Positions 1 to 8,583 of a stretch of 59,607 bases of DNA are shown one piece after another; within the stretch, counting starts at the first letter, position 1; each line of letters opens with the position of its first letter. The stretch spans positions 1 to 59,607 of the forward strand of contig JBJMLG010000231.1 of NCBI GenBank assembly GCA_045805385.1. Reading direction: 5' to 3'. Position numbers and translations under genes: made by a program. Source of the DNA: Thermoleophilaceae bacterium. GTDB lineage: Bacteria; Actinomycetota; Thermoleophilia; Solirubrobacterales; Thermoleophilaceae. Below the pieces are notes generated by a model. It saw only the letters and a program-made list of their open reading frames with translations. It searched no databases and was not told where the DNA came from.

Positions 1-262
1 CCGCCGACGGACTCGCCGCTCGCCCCGCTCGCGCCGGTGCTCGACGCGGCAGCGCCCGTGACCGACAGCGTCGCGCCCTGGCTCGACATTCCGGCGCCGC
101 CAACGGACTCGCCGCTCGCCGCGCTCGCGCCGGTGCTCGACACGGCAGCGCCCGTGACCGGCACCGTCGCGCCCGCGCTCGACATTCCGGCGCCGCCGAC
201 GGACTCGCCGCTCGCCCCGCTCGCCCCGGTGCTCGACACGGCAGGGCCCGTGACCGACACCG
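1..262 (+). repeat. 96-bp in-frame tandem repeat, about 2.7 copies (units start at 1, 97, 193), probably continuing upstream of the window
   Basis: ccgcc(g/a)acggactcgccgctcgcc recurs at 1, 97 and 193. The units are near-identical with a few substitutions, and the third copy diverges after about nt 262. Confidence 0.85.
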
Positions 263-771
263 TCACCGCTCCTGTGTCGCCCGCCGTCGGCACCATCGCC
301 CCGGCAATAGAGCGCACGCTCGCAGCGGCCGGACCAATCGCGCCGTTTTCCGCTCCGACCGCCGGCTTGGTTCTCTCGCCGGCCGGTGGGAGCCGCGCAG
401 CAGATTCGATCCGGCTGGCGCCCCGTAACGTCATGGCCGCACCGCCGGTCAGCGGCGTCGAGCACATCGCGCTGGCATCGGTGGCGGCCGCGACCGTCAC
501 CCAAACCGCATTTGCCATGTCCGCCGCGACGAGCCCTATCGCGGACACGGCATCGCGCGCCTCGCGCCTCGCGACCCCGGACACGCCCTTCCCCATGGGT
601 CCCGCCCAGGGGTCCGGCGCCGCCGCCCCGAGCGGTCTCATGTTCGGCGGCGTCGCGGCGTTCCTGATTCTCTTGGCTCTGACAGCCCCGGCCCTTCGCC
701 GGCGGCTCTCCATGGACCCGGCCTGCTTCCGGCCGGTTCCCTTCATTTCCCTTTCCGAGCGACCCGGCTGA
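1..771 (+). CDS. Pro/Ala/Thr-rich tandem-repeat envelope protein, 5' end cut by the window edge, C-terminal membrane anchor
   Basis: Frame 1 is open from nt 1 (track ORF 37..771 only marks its first GTG) and nearly every codon ends in G/C. 32-aa units PPTDSPLAxLAPVLDTAAPVTxxVAPxLDIPA repeat. The protein ends with hydrophobic GGVAAFLILLALTAPAL followed by RRR. Confidence 0.5.
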   Translation, partial: PPTDSPLAPLAPVLDAAAPVTDSVAPWLDIPAPPTDSPLAALAPVLDTAAPVTGTVAPALDIPAPPTDSPLAPLAPVLDTAGPVTDTVTAPVSPAVGTIAPAIERTLAAAGPIAPFSAPTAGLVLSPAGGSRAADSIRLAPRNVMAAPPVSGVEHIALASVAAATVTQTAFAMSAATSPIADTASRASRLATPDTPFPMGPAQGSGAAAPSGLMFGGVAAFLILLALTAPALRRRLSMDPACFRPVPFISLSERPG

Positions 772-908
772 CCGCGCCCGCGGTAGTCAGGCCGGTCGCC
801 GGTGCGCGCTTTCTCGCGGGCGCGGCGGCCCGGTAGGCCCGTCACCGCGCACTCCGCGCGTCGGCGGGACCGGATTGGTTCGCTCGTTCTTGCAAAGGGA
901 GAAGTTCC

Positions 909-2066
909 ATGTCGTCAGTACGCCACCACTTTGCGCTCCGCGCGGGACCGGGAGTCCTCCTCCTGGTGCTCGTGGCAGCGCTCACGCTGGCGGCGCCATG
1001 GCAGGCCGAGGCGAAGAGCCCGAACGGCAGGTCATCGCGCGCCGGCGCTGAGGTGACTCGGAACGCGCAAGCGTCCGAGAGCGTGCTCGTCCTGGGAAGC
1101 GGCTACCGGGAAGGTGGCTCAGGGCAGGTGCGCTCGGTGCAGCGCAGGCTCGCGCACGCGGGCTTCGCGCCGGGTCCGATCGACGGGCTGTACGGCCCGC
1201 TCACGACTCGCGCCGTCACACGTTTTCAGCAGAGCCAAGGCATAGCGGTCGACGGAAAGGTCGGCCGCGAGACCAGGCGGGCGCTCCGCCATCCGCTGCT
1301 GGAGCCTGGAAGCGGTTACCAGCAGGCAGGATCAGGGCAGGTGCGCACGCTTCAGCGGGAGCTCGCGCATCGCGGGTTCCGGCCCGGTCCGGTCGACGGG
1401 CTCTACGGGCCTCGAACCACGCAAGCCGTGGTCCGGTTCCAGCAGAGCCACGGGCTGGCCGCGGACGGAATCGCCGGTCCTGTGACGCAGGAGCGGCTGC
1501 CGCGGGCAGAGCATGCACGGACGCGGACCCGCGCGCACGAGCGGTCGAAGCCGCGACCCGCTCCGAGCAGCAGTGCGAAGCAGCCGCGGAAGGCGCCGAG
1601 ACCGGCCAAGCCCGCGCCGGCGAAGCCCGCGCCGGCCAAGCCTGACCGGAGCCACCCCAGGGGTGGCGGCGAGGACATATTCGGGTTGCTGTTCCTGCTC
1701 GCGCTCATCGCCACCGCCGTACTGCTGGTGCGGATGGGAACGCGCACGCGTCAAAGGGGCTCGATCCCCCGCCGTCCCCGCCGCTTGCACCGGCGACGGC
1801 GGCGCGTCGGGGATCGGGGCCTCGCGAGGCTGAAACGGCTCGGGTTCCGCTACGACTATCTCCGCGACGCCTACGTCATGAGGGGTCTCGGAGCGCGATG
1901 GGGACCCGTGTTCCAGCACTGGCCGCAGCAGGAGGGCGAGGTCGAGCCGCCCGCGCCGATACGTCCCGAGCCTCAGCCGGCCGAGCTTCGGGCGCGATCG
2001 AATCGCTTCCGGTCGCGGCGCGAGCGCGAGCGAGAGCACGTCCGCGAGCGGGGGGACCGGCGATGA
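909..2066 (+). CDS. Bitopic protein with signal peptide, two PG_binding_1-type peptidoglycan-binding domains, PAKPA linker, one TM helix and an Arg-rich tail
   Basis: AAGGGAGAAG SD just upstream of the ATG. Signal-like LLLVLVAALTLAAPWQAEA. Two copies of GSGQVRxxQRxLAHxGFxPGPxDGLYGPxTTxAVxRFQQSxGxAxDG. (PAKPA)x3 linker, then IFGLLFLLALIATAVLLV followed by RRPRRLHRRRRR. Confidence 0.7.
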   Translation: MSSVRHHFALRAGPGVLLLVLVAALTLAAPWQAEAKSPNGRSSRAGAEVTRNAQASESVLVLGSGYREGGSGQVRSVQRRLAHAGFAPGPIDGLYGPLTTRAVTRFQQSQGIAVDGKVGRETRRALRHPLLEPGSGYQQAGSGQVRTLQRELAHRGFRPGPVDGLYGPRTTQAVVRFQQSHGLAADGIAGPVTQERLPRAEHARTRTRAHERSKPRPAPSSSAKQPRKAPRPAKPAPAKPAPAKPDRSHPRGGGEDIFGLLFLLALIATAVLLVRMGTRTRQRGSIPRRPRRLHRRRRRVGDRGLARLKRLGFRYDYLRDAYVMRGLGARWGPVFQHWPQQEGEVEPPAPIRPEPQPAELRARSNRFRSRREREREHVRERGDRR

Positions 2067-2162
2067 CTTGACGAGGCTCACCGCCGGTGGACGCCGGCGG
2101 CGCACGGGGTACGGGCCGAACTCCCGGTGACGGACATGGAACGTCCGTTTCGGCGAGCGAAC

Positions 2163-2197
2163 GCGGGCCCCCGCGTGAGCGGGGGCCCGCTCTTTTC
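2163..2197 (+). terminator. Intrinsic terminator after the PG-binding protein gene
   Basis: Perfect 12-bp stem GCGGGCCCCCGC / GCGGGGGCCCGC with GTGA loop, followed by TCTTTTC. A smaller hairpin ACGGAC..GTCCGT + TTTC sits at 2130-2150. Confidence 0.8.
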
Positions 2198-2221
2198 GGC
2201 TACGGTCGAAGCACGGAAGTG

Positions 2222-3130
2222 ATGCGATCGAGTGCACTGCCGATCCTCGTCGCGTTCCTCACCGGAGTGCTCGCTGGCTGCGGCAACTCGGGCGGCGCGA
2301 CCGATGCAAAGGCCCCGTCCGCGTGCGCGGCCAACGCCTTCAAGCCCGGCGATCACGCGGTGTTCGTGAACAGCGGCGGGCAGCGCCGCTTCGCGATCGT
2401 GCACGTGCCGCGCGGCGAGTCGCAGCCACTGCCCGTCTACCTCGTGCTGCATTTCGCGGGCGGTCGCGCTCGAGCGATGGAGCGGCTCACCGGCCTGTCC
2501 AAGACGGGTGAGGAGGAGGGCTTCCTCGCGGTCTACCCCGAGGCGGACGGTGCGCGTCACTTCTGGACGCTGCACGCCGCCGCCGGGCGCGCCGACGACG
2601 TGGCATTCATCGGCAAGCTGCTCGACCGCCTCGAGCAGGTCGCCTGCGTGGACACCCGACGGGTCTATGCCACGGGCGTGTCGAACGGCGGCGGCATGGC
2701 CGCGCTGCTGGCGTGCCGGATGGCCAACCGCATCGCCGCGGTCGCGCCCGTGGCGGGGGGTTATTCCCAGATCGGCCAGTGCGCGCCCGCGAGGCCCGTC
2801 TCGGTGCTCGAGATCCACGGCACCGGCGACCGCATCGTGCCGTACGACGGCCGCCCTCCCGAGCGGCTCGGGAGCGTGCCGCGCTACCTCGCCGGCTGGG
2901 TTGGGCGAGACGGCTGCCCGCCGAAGGCTAGGCGGCGCCCGCTCGGCGGCCGCGGCGCGATCCGCTACGACTGGGGCCCCTGCCGCGACGGCACGGCGGT
3001 CGCCCACATCAAGGCGATCGGCGCGGGCCACGGACTGCCCCCGCACCCGCCCTTCCAGGGAAAGGCCGGCCGCTTCGACGCGACAGCCGCGATCGTGCGC
3101 TTCTTCCAGGCGCATCCGCGCGGCGGGTGA
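2222..3130 (+). CDS. Lipoprotein esterase, PHB-depolymerase/LpqC (COG3509)-like alpha/beta hydrolase
   Basis: Internal ATG at 2222 gives MRSSALPILVAFLTGVLAGCGNS (lipobox LAGC). Nucleophile elbow GVSNGGGMAALLA. Overall pattern VYLVLHFAGG...YPEAD...HGTGDRIVPY. The upstream part of track ORF 2087.. is not protein-like. Confidence 0.7.
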   Translation: MRSSALPILVAFLTGVLAGCGNSGGATDAKAPSACAANAFKPGDHAVFVNSGGQRRFAIVHVPRGESQPLPVYLVLHFAGGRARAMERLTGLSKTGEEEGFLAVYPEADGARHFWTLHAAAGRADDVAFIGKLLDRLEQVACVDTRRVYATGVSNGGGMAALLACRMANRIAAVAPVAGGYSQIGQCAPARPVSVLEIHGTGDRIVPYDGRPPERLGSVPRYLAGWVGRDGCPPKARRRPLGGRGAIRYDWGPCRDGTAVAHIKAIGAGHGLPPHPPFQGKAGRFDATAAIVRFFQAHPRGG

Positions 3131-3172
3131 GGGCGCGCCGGACCGCCCGCTCCTTCTGGAAAGCTCTCGCCG

Positions 3173-3787
3173 ATGACGGACCTGTACCGCAAGGCCGTGC
3201 TCTGGGAGCGCAAGTGGCGCTGGTACGAGCGCAACGCGCTGCCCTGGAACCGCGCCCGCATCCATTGGCATGCGCTCAAAAGGGAAGCGTTCATCCGCTT
3301 CCCGGTGCACGGCAACGTGCTCGAGTGCCTGGACGACGGCCGGCTCGACATCGGCGCGAACACGCTGCTCGAGCCGGGCTGCTGGATCACGCTCGGGGAG
3401 AGCGCGCGCGTGAGGATCGGCGAGGGCTGCTTCCTCAATCTCGGCGTGATGCTGGCGGCGATCGACTCGATCGAGATCGGCGACCACACGATGTTCGCGA
3501 ACCACTGCTTCGTGGGCGACTCGGCGCATCGGTTCGACGATCCCACGCGACCGATCACGTGGCAGGGCTTCAGCTCGAAGGGACCGGTCCGCATCGGCTC
3601 GAACTGCTGGTTCGGCGTGAACTGCGTGGTCACGAGTGGGGTCACCGTCGGCGACCGCTGCGTGATCGGGGCCAACTCGGTGGTCACCTCCGACCTGCCG
3701 GATGGCGTGGTGGCGGCCGGCTCGCCGGCGAAGGTGATCAAGAAGATCGAGTTCGCGACGCCGGAGGACCTGCCGGCCGCGGGATGA
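3173..3787 (+). CDS. Hexapeptide-repeat (left-handed beta-helix) O-acetyltransferase, maltose/galactoside acetyltransferase-like
   Basis: Repeating [LIV]-G-x4 units: IGDHTMFANHCFVGDSAH...VRIGSNCWFGVNCVVTSGVTVGDRCVIGANSVVTSDLPDGVVAAGSPAKVI. Confidence 0.8.
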   Translation: MTDLYRKAVLWERKWRWYERNALPWNRARIHWHALKREAFIRFPVHGNVLECLDDGRLDIGANTLLEPGCWITLGESARVRIGEGCFLNLGVMLAAIDSIEIGDHTMFANHCFVGDSAHRFDDPTRPITWQGFSSKGPVRIGSNCWFGVNCVVTSGVTVGDRCVIGANSVVTSDLPDGVVAAGSPAKVIKKIEFATPEDLPAAG

Positions 3788-3850
3788 ATTCCGCCAGCTC
3801 CCACGTCTTCCAGATCAGAGGCCACGGGATCGAGGAAGGAGCTGCGCAGG

Positions 3851-4342
3851 ATGCAGACGAAGCGATATGCCGGCCTGGTGGCGGCGGGAGCCGCGGGCGT
3901 ACTCCTTGTTGCGGGCTGCGGAAGCAGCTCTAAGAAGGCGTCCACCACTTCGTCGAACTCGAGCGCCGCGACGCCGGCGTCCCCGTCATCGGGCGGCTCG
4001 ACAGTGAACGTGAGCGAGACGGACTTCAAGCTGAGCCCCGCAAACCCGTCCGTGAAACAGGGCAAGGTCGCCTTCAAGGTGACGAACGCCGGGCAGACCG
4101 TCCATTCCCTCGAGGTCGAGGGCCCGAGCGGCGAGGTGAAGCTCGGGAAGCAGCTGCAGCCGGGTCAGTCCGCGACCATGACCGTCGACTTCACAAAGGC
4201 CGGCAAGTACGAGTGGTACTGCCCGGTCGACGGCCACAAGGCCATGGGCATGAAGGGCGAGATCGTCGCGGGCAAGGGCGGCAGCGCCAGCTCGGGCACC
4301 AGCACAAGCAAGACGACGACCTCGTCGGGCGGCGGCTACTAG
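3851..4342 (+). CDS. Cupredoxin (type-1 copper, pseudoazurin/plastocyanin-like) lipoprotein
   Basis: Lipobox LLVAGCGSS. Candidate copper ligands are His in QTVHSLEV and the C-terminal YEWYCPVDGHKAMGMKGEI (Cys, His, Met). Confidence 0.7.
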   Translation: MQTKRYAGLVAAGAAGVLLVAGCGSSSKKASTTSSNSSAATPASPSSGGSTVNVSETDFKLSPANPSVKQGKVAFKVTNAGQTVHSLEVEGPSGEVKLGKQLQPGQSATMTVDFTKAGKYEWYCPVDGHKAMGMKGEIVAGKGGSASSGTSTSKTTTSSGGGY

Positions 4343-4370
4343 AAGCTCCAGTCCCCCCTGGTGGGCAGAG

Positions 4371-4396
4371 GCGGCGCCCCGAGGGGCGCCGCTTCC
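4371..4396. terminator. Hairpin between convergent cupredoxin and panB genes (bidirectional terminator candidate)
   Basis: GCGGCGCCCC GA GGGGCGCCGC (10-bp GC stem) followed by TTCC. Located between stop codons at 4342 (+) and 4401 (-). Confidence 0.6.
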
Positions 4397-4400
4397 GCGT

Positions 4401-5306
4401 TCAGGCCTTGGAGTGCTCGCCCTGCGTGAGCGCGTCCCTCAGTCGCGCCACCTCGTCCGGCGCCATCGTGTAGCCGTGCTCGGGCTCCGGGTAGCGGCGC
4501 TCGCGCACGTCTTTGGCGTACGCCGACACGCCGTCGATCATCGCCTGGCGCACGTTGCCGTAGCGCTTCACGAAGCGGGCGGCGTGCCCGTCGTAGATAC
4601 CGAGCAGGTCATGGAAAACGAGCACCTGGCCGTCCGTCGCGGGCCCGGCGCCGATGCCGATGACCGGGATCGCGAGTCGCGGCATGACAAGCTCGGTGAA
4701 CGCGCTCGGCACCGCCTCGAACACGATCGAGAAGCAGCCGGCGTCTTGGAGCGCCAGCGCGTCGTCGAGCACCTGCAGAGCCCGTTCGGCCGTGCGGCCC
4801 TGCGAGCGATAGCCGCCGAGCGCGGTCGCCGTCTGCGGCGTGAGGCCCACGTGTCCCATCGCCGGGATGCCGGCGTCCACGATGGCCTTCGCCCGCTCGG
4901 CCGAGACGCCGCCGCGCTCGAGCTTCACGGCGTCGCAACCCGCCTCCTTCACGAACCGTTGGGCGGTTGCGATCGCCTGCTCGTTCGAGGTCTCGTAGGA
5001 CCCGAAGGGCAGGTCGCCGATCAGCATCGGGGTGGAGAGCCCGCGCCGGGCGGCGGCACAGAGCATCAGCATCTCCTCGACCGAGACCGGCACCGTGCTG
5101 GGATAGCCGAGCACGGTCATCGCGCCGGAGTCGCCCACGAGCACCAGATCCACGCCGGCCTCCTCGGCCACCTGCGCGCTCGGGTAGTCGTAGGCCGTCA
5201 CCATCACGATCGGCTCGCCGAGCGCCTTCTTCTCGGCCAGTGTGGAGAGCGTCGTCGCCTTGCGCTTGGCCGGCGGCGCGGGGGAGACGTTCGGGCGCGC
5301 GCTCAT
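4401..5306 (-). CDS. panB: 3-methyl-2-oxobutanoate hydroxymethyltransferase
   Basis: Full-length PanB pattern: [13 protein letters not shown]...[13 protein letters not shown]...IGDLPFGSY...VKLEGG-like...GHVGLTPQ. Its ATG overlaps the panD stop (ATGA). Confidence 0.93.
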   Translation of the reverse strand: MSARPNVSPAPPAKRKATTLSTLAEKKALGEPIVMVTAYDYPSAQVAEEAGVDLVLVGDSGAMTVLGYPSTVPVSVEEMLMLCAAARRGLSTPMLIGDLPFGSYETSNEQAIATAQRFVKEAGCDAVKLERGGVSAERAKAIVDAGIPAMGHVGLTPQTATALGGYRSQGRTAERALQVLDDALALQDAGCFSIVFEAVPSAFTELVMPRLAIPVIGIGAGPATDGQVLVFHDLLGIYDGHAARFVKRYGNVRQAMIDGVSAYAKDVRERRYPEPEHGYTMAPDEVARLRDALTQGEHSKA

Positions 5307-5683
5307 GCGATCAGCTCCGCCACTGCGTCGTCCACCTGGATGATCTCGTTGTGCGCGTTCACGTGCACCACCTTCGGCTCGTAGGACTCGAGCTCTCGCT
5401 CGTCATATGACGCGTAGGACACGACGATCACGGTGTCGCCCGTGTGGACGAGCCGCGCCGCCGCGCCGTTCACCTGGATCTCGCCGGAGCCGCGGGCACC
5501 GGCGATCGTGTAGGTCTCGAAGCGGGCCCCGTTGTCCACGTCGAGCACGTGCACCAGCTCGTGCTCGCGGATGTCGGCAGCCTCGAGAAGGTCTGTGTCG
5601 ATCGTGATCGACCCGACGTAGTGAAGATCGCTCGCCGTGATCCGCCCGCGGTGGATCTTCGACTTGAGCATCGTCCGGTTCAT
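5303..5683 (-). CDS. panD: Aspartate 1-decarboxylase proenzyme
   Basis: [29 protein letters not shown] with the Gly-Ser self-cleavage site. Start taken at the internal ATG (cat at 5681-5683), which overlaps the panC stop. The Arg-rich upstream extension of the track ORF is rejected. Confidence 0.93.
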   Translation of the reverse strand: MNRTMLKSKIHRGRITASDLHYVGSITIDTDLLEAADIREHELVHVLDVDNGARFETYTIAGARGSGEIQVNGAAARLVHTGDTVIVVSYASYDERELESYEPKVVHVNAHNEIIQVDDAVAELIA

Positions 5684-6525
5684 GCGCCTCCCAGCACGGT
5701 GTTGTCGATCAGCCGTGCTCGCCCAACGCGGGCGGCCACGGCAAGCAGGGTCGAGCCGTTCACGCGCTCGACCGGGGAAAGGTCGTCGGTGGAGCGAAGC
5801 TCCAGGTACTCGGGCTCGATGCCCGCGGACTCCAGCTCGCCACGAGCGGCGGCGAGCACGTCGTCGGCCTCGAGCATGCCCTCGGCCACGGCTAGCTCGG
5901 CGGCGCGGAGCGCGCGCGAAAGCGCGAGCGCGCGCTCGCGCTCGTCGGGTCCGAGGTAGACGTTGCGCGAGCTGAGCGCCAGCCCGTCCGGCTCGCGGAC
6001 GGTGGGGCACACCTCGATCCGGACCGGCATGTCGAGGTCGCGCGCGAGCTTGCGCAGCACGATCGCCTGCTGTGCGTCCTTCTGCCCGAAGTAGGCGGCG
6101 TCAGGCTGCACCATGTTCACGAGCTTGGTGACGACGGTCGTGACGCCGTGGAAGTGCTCGGGCCCTCGCTGGGCCGGGTCGCCGTCGAGCACCTCGGTGA
6201 GCCCGCCCACCTGCACGCTGGTGTCGAAGCCCGGCGGGTAGACCTCCTCGACAGACGGCGCGAACAGGATGTCGGCGCCGTCGTGCTCCGCGAGCTGGCC
6301 GTCACGCAGCTCGTCGCGCGGGTAGGCGTCGAAATCCTCGCCGGGGCGGAACTGCGCGGGGTTGACGAACACCGACACGACGACGGTCGCGTTCTCCTCA
6401 CGCGCGCGGCGGATGAGTGAGAGGTGCCCATCGTGCAGCGCGCCCATCGTGGGGACGAGGCCGAGCGGGCGCTCGGAGGCGCGCACCGCCTCGCGCAGCT
6501 TGGCCACGGTGCGGACGGTCCTCAT
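5680..6525 (-). CDS. panC: Pantoate--beta-alanine ligase
   Basis: [24 protein letters not shown] (HxGH-type motif) and the full-length PanC pattern. Confidence 0.93.
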   Translation of the reverse strand: MRTVRTVAKLREAVRASERPLGLVPTMGALHDGHLSLIRRAREENATVVVSVFVNPAQFRPGEDFDAYPRDELRDGQLAEHDGADILFAPSVEEVYPPGFDTSVQVGGLTEVLDGDPAQRGPEHFHGVTTVVTKLVNMVQPDAAYFGQKDAQQAIVLRKLARDLDMPVRIEVCPTVREPDGLALSSRNVYLGPDERERALALSRALRAAELAVAEGMLEADDVLAAARGELESAGIEPEYLELRSTDDLSPVERVNGSTLLAVAARVGRARLIDNTVLGGA

Positions 6526-7304
6526 GCCGCCGCCTCCTTGTGCGACGCGAGGGCGCGCGCCTGGGCTGCCAGCGCGTCGAAGAGCGGCAGTAGCTCGGGG
6601 GCGTGCTCGCGCAGAGCGGCGCGCTGCTTCGCGACCGTCAGCTCGTCGCCGCGGGCGACGGGTCCGGTCAGCGCCCGTTCGGGGCCGAGCTCGACCCAGT
6701 TCTCGACTGTCGCGCGCACCAGCGGCGCGAGCAGTTCCCGCGCCCGCTCGGGCTCGAGCCCGGCGCCGCGCGCCGCGGTTTCGGCGGCCGACTCCAGAGC
6801 CACCAGGAAGTTCGACGCAATCGAGGCGGCCGCGTGGTACGCCGCGCGGTCCTCGTCCGCGAGCTCGAACGGGCGCATGCCGAGCGCCCGCGCGATCGCG
6901 GTGGCGGCGGCGAGCGAACCCTCGGAGCTGGCGGCCACGGCGCAGCCGGCGCCGGCGAAGCGCTCTGGGCCCTCGCCGCCCGTGAATGCCTGAAGCGGAT
7001 GGAGCCCGAAGTGCTCGCCGCCCGAGGGCTCTAGCGCGGAGAGCGGAGTGGCGCCGCTCGTGTGACCCACCAGCGGAGCGCAGCCCGCCATCGCGGCCGC
7101 CGCTGCGGGTATCTGCGAGTCCGGCACGCAGAGGATCACCGCGTCGGCTGCCGCGCGCTCACCGCGGCCGAGCGGGCCGATCACCTCGAAGCCTGCCGTG
7201 TTGAGAGCGCGGGCGAGGGCGGTGCCGAGGCGGCCGCTCCCCACGACGGCAATGGTGCGACACCCGGGCTGGGCAGGGTCCGCGTGGGTGGCTTCGGCGC
7301 TCAT
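6522..7304 (-). CDS. Rossmann-fold oxidoreductase-like protein (DUF2520-type), first gene of the pan operon
   Basis: IAVVGSGRLGTALARAL dinucleotide fold, then an Ala/Leu-rich helical C-terminal half. Start at MSAEATH (cat 7302-7304) with GGAG upstream. The stop overlaps the panC start (ATGA). Confidence 0.6.
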   Translation of the reverse strand: MSAEATHADPAQPGCRTIAVVGSGRLGTALARALNTAGFEVIGPLGRGERAAADAVILCVPDSQIPAAAAAMAGCAPLVGHTSGATPLSALEPSGGEHFGLHPLQAFTGGEGPERFAGAGCAVAASSEGSLAAATAIARALGMRPFELADEDRAAYHAAASIASNFLVALESAAETAARGAGLEPERARELLAPLVRATVENWVELGPERALTGPVARGDELTVAKQRAALREHAPELLPLFDALAAQARALASHKEAAA

Positions 7305-7459
7305 GGTGCTCCAGTTCCCGTCTTCCGAGATACCGGGCTGCAGGTGAGATGAGTGTGAGGTGTGTCTCAGTCCGCTCCCCAGGCGGGGTAGCGGCGTGCC
7401 GTGAAGGATACCCCGTGAGGCGGCACTCCATCCGCAGTTCTCCGTAGCCTGGGACGCGA

Positions 7460-8146
7460 ATGGGACGCCCGGCCGAGGAACGCAGGGCAGAGCTCGTCGA
7501 GCTCTACCGCAAGCTCCAGGACTGCCGCGACTGCCCGCTCGCCGCCACGCGCACAAACGTGGTGTTCGGCTCGGGCAACGCCGACGCGGACCTGATGTTC
7601 GCGGGCGAAGCGCCGGGCTTCCACGAGGACCAGCAGGGCAAGCCGTTCGTGGGGGCGGCCGGAAAGCTGCTCGACAAGCTGCTCGAGGAGATCGGTCTCG
7701 ATCGGCAAGCCGACGCCTTTACAGCGAACGTATTGAAATGCCGGCCTCCCGGCAATCGCGATCCGCTCCCCGAGGAGATCGAGGAGTGCAAGCCGCATCT
7801 GATGGAGCAGATCCGGCTGATCGAGCCCCGCGTGATCTGCACGCTCGGGAATTTCGCCACCAAGTGCATCACCGGCCGGCCGGAGGGCATCACCCGCGTA
7901 CATGGCCGCCCGCAGGAGCGCGAGATCGTCGGCCTGCCGCTCGTGATCTACCCGATCTTCCACCCGGCCGCGGGCCTGCGCAGTGGCGCCGTGCTCACCC
8001 AGCTCCGCGAGGACTTCCAGCGCCTGCCGGAGCTGCTGGCCGCCGCCAGGCCGAAGCCGGCCGGACCGCCGCCCGCGCCCGCGGCGGGGCCGCCGCAGCC
8101 GGCGATGATGGTGGCCGAGCCGCCACAGCTGGGGCTCTTCGGCTAG
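7460..8146 (+). CDS. Uracil-DNA glycosylase, family 4
   Basis: CRDCPL...VVFGSGNADADLMFAGEAPGFHEDQQGKPFVGAAGKLLD...FHPAAGLR (GEAPG and HPAA motifs). Confidence 0.88.
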   Translation: MGRPAEERRAELVELYRKLQDCRDCPLAATRTNVVFGSGNADADLMFAGEAPGFHEDQQGKPFVGAAGKLLDKLLEEIGLDRQADAFTANVLKCRPPGNRDPLPEEIEECKPHLMEQIRLIEPRVICTLGNFATKCITGRPEGITRVHGRPQEREIVGLPLVIYPIFHPAAGLRSGAVLTQLREDFQRLPELLAAARPKPAGPPPAPAAGPPQPAMMVAEPPQLGLFG

Positions 8147-8169
8147 ACACCCGCCACACTTCGCGGGCC

Positions 8170-8583
8170 ATGCGGATCGAGACCGCGAGCCCGGAGCAGA
8201 CCGAGCGCGCCGGCGCGCAGCTCGCGGCACGCCTCGAACCGGGCGACGTGGTGCTCGTTTCTGGCGAGCTCGGCGCCGGCAAGACCACGTTCGTGCGCGG
8301 CGCCGCGCGGGCGCTCGGCGTGAGCGAGCCGGTGACGAGCCCGACGTTCACGATCGGGCAGCTCTACGACGGCAGGCCCGAGGTGGCGCACCTCGATCTC
8401 TACCGGCTGAGCACGCTCGAGGGCGAGGACCCGGCCCTGCTCGACGATTACGTGACACCGGAGCGCATCGCCTTCCTCGAGTGGCCCGACGTCGCGCTGC
8501 CGAAGCTCGACAGCGTGCGTGCGCGCGTGCGCATCGAGCATCTGGGGGGCGACCGCCGTGCGCTGGAGCTGCCGGACGAGTGA
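8170..8583 (+). CDS. tsaE: tRNA t6A37 biosynthesis ATPase TsaE
   Basis: Internal ATG at 8170. Walker A GELGAGKTTFVRG, then SPTFTI...HLDLYRL. Confidence 0.88.
   Translation: MRIETASPEQTERAGAQLAARLEPGDVVLVSGELGAGKTTFVRGAARALGVSEPVTSPTFTIGQLYDGRPEVAHLDLYRLSTLEGEDPALLDDYVTPERIAFLEWPDVALPKLDSVRARVRIEHLGGDRRALELPDE

Noticed and set aside
1-262. Possible CRISPR-like or satellite array at the window start
   Set aside because: The repeats are 96 bp, directly abutting with no spacers, in frame and within a frame that has strong coding bias. They are protein-coding tandem repeats.
2078-4077. Long minus-strand ORFs (2078..3529 and 2965..4077) opposite the esterase, acetyltransferase and cupredoxin genes
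   Set aside because: Shadow ORFs. The plus-strand products carry a lipobox, GxSxG, hexapeptide repeats and copper-ligand motifs.
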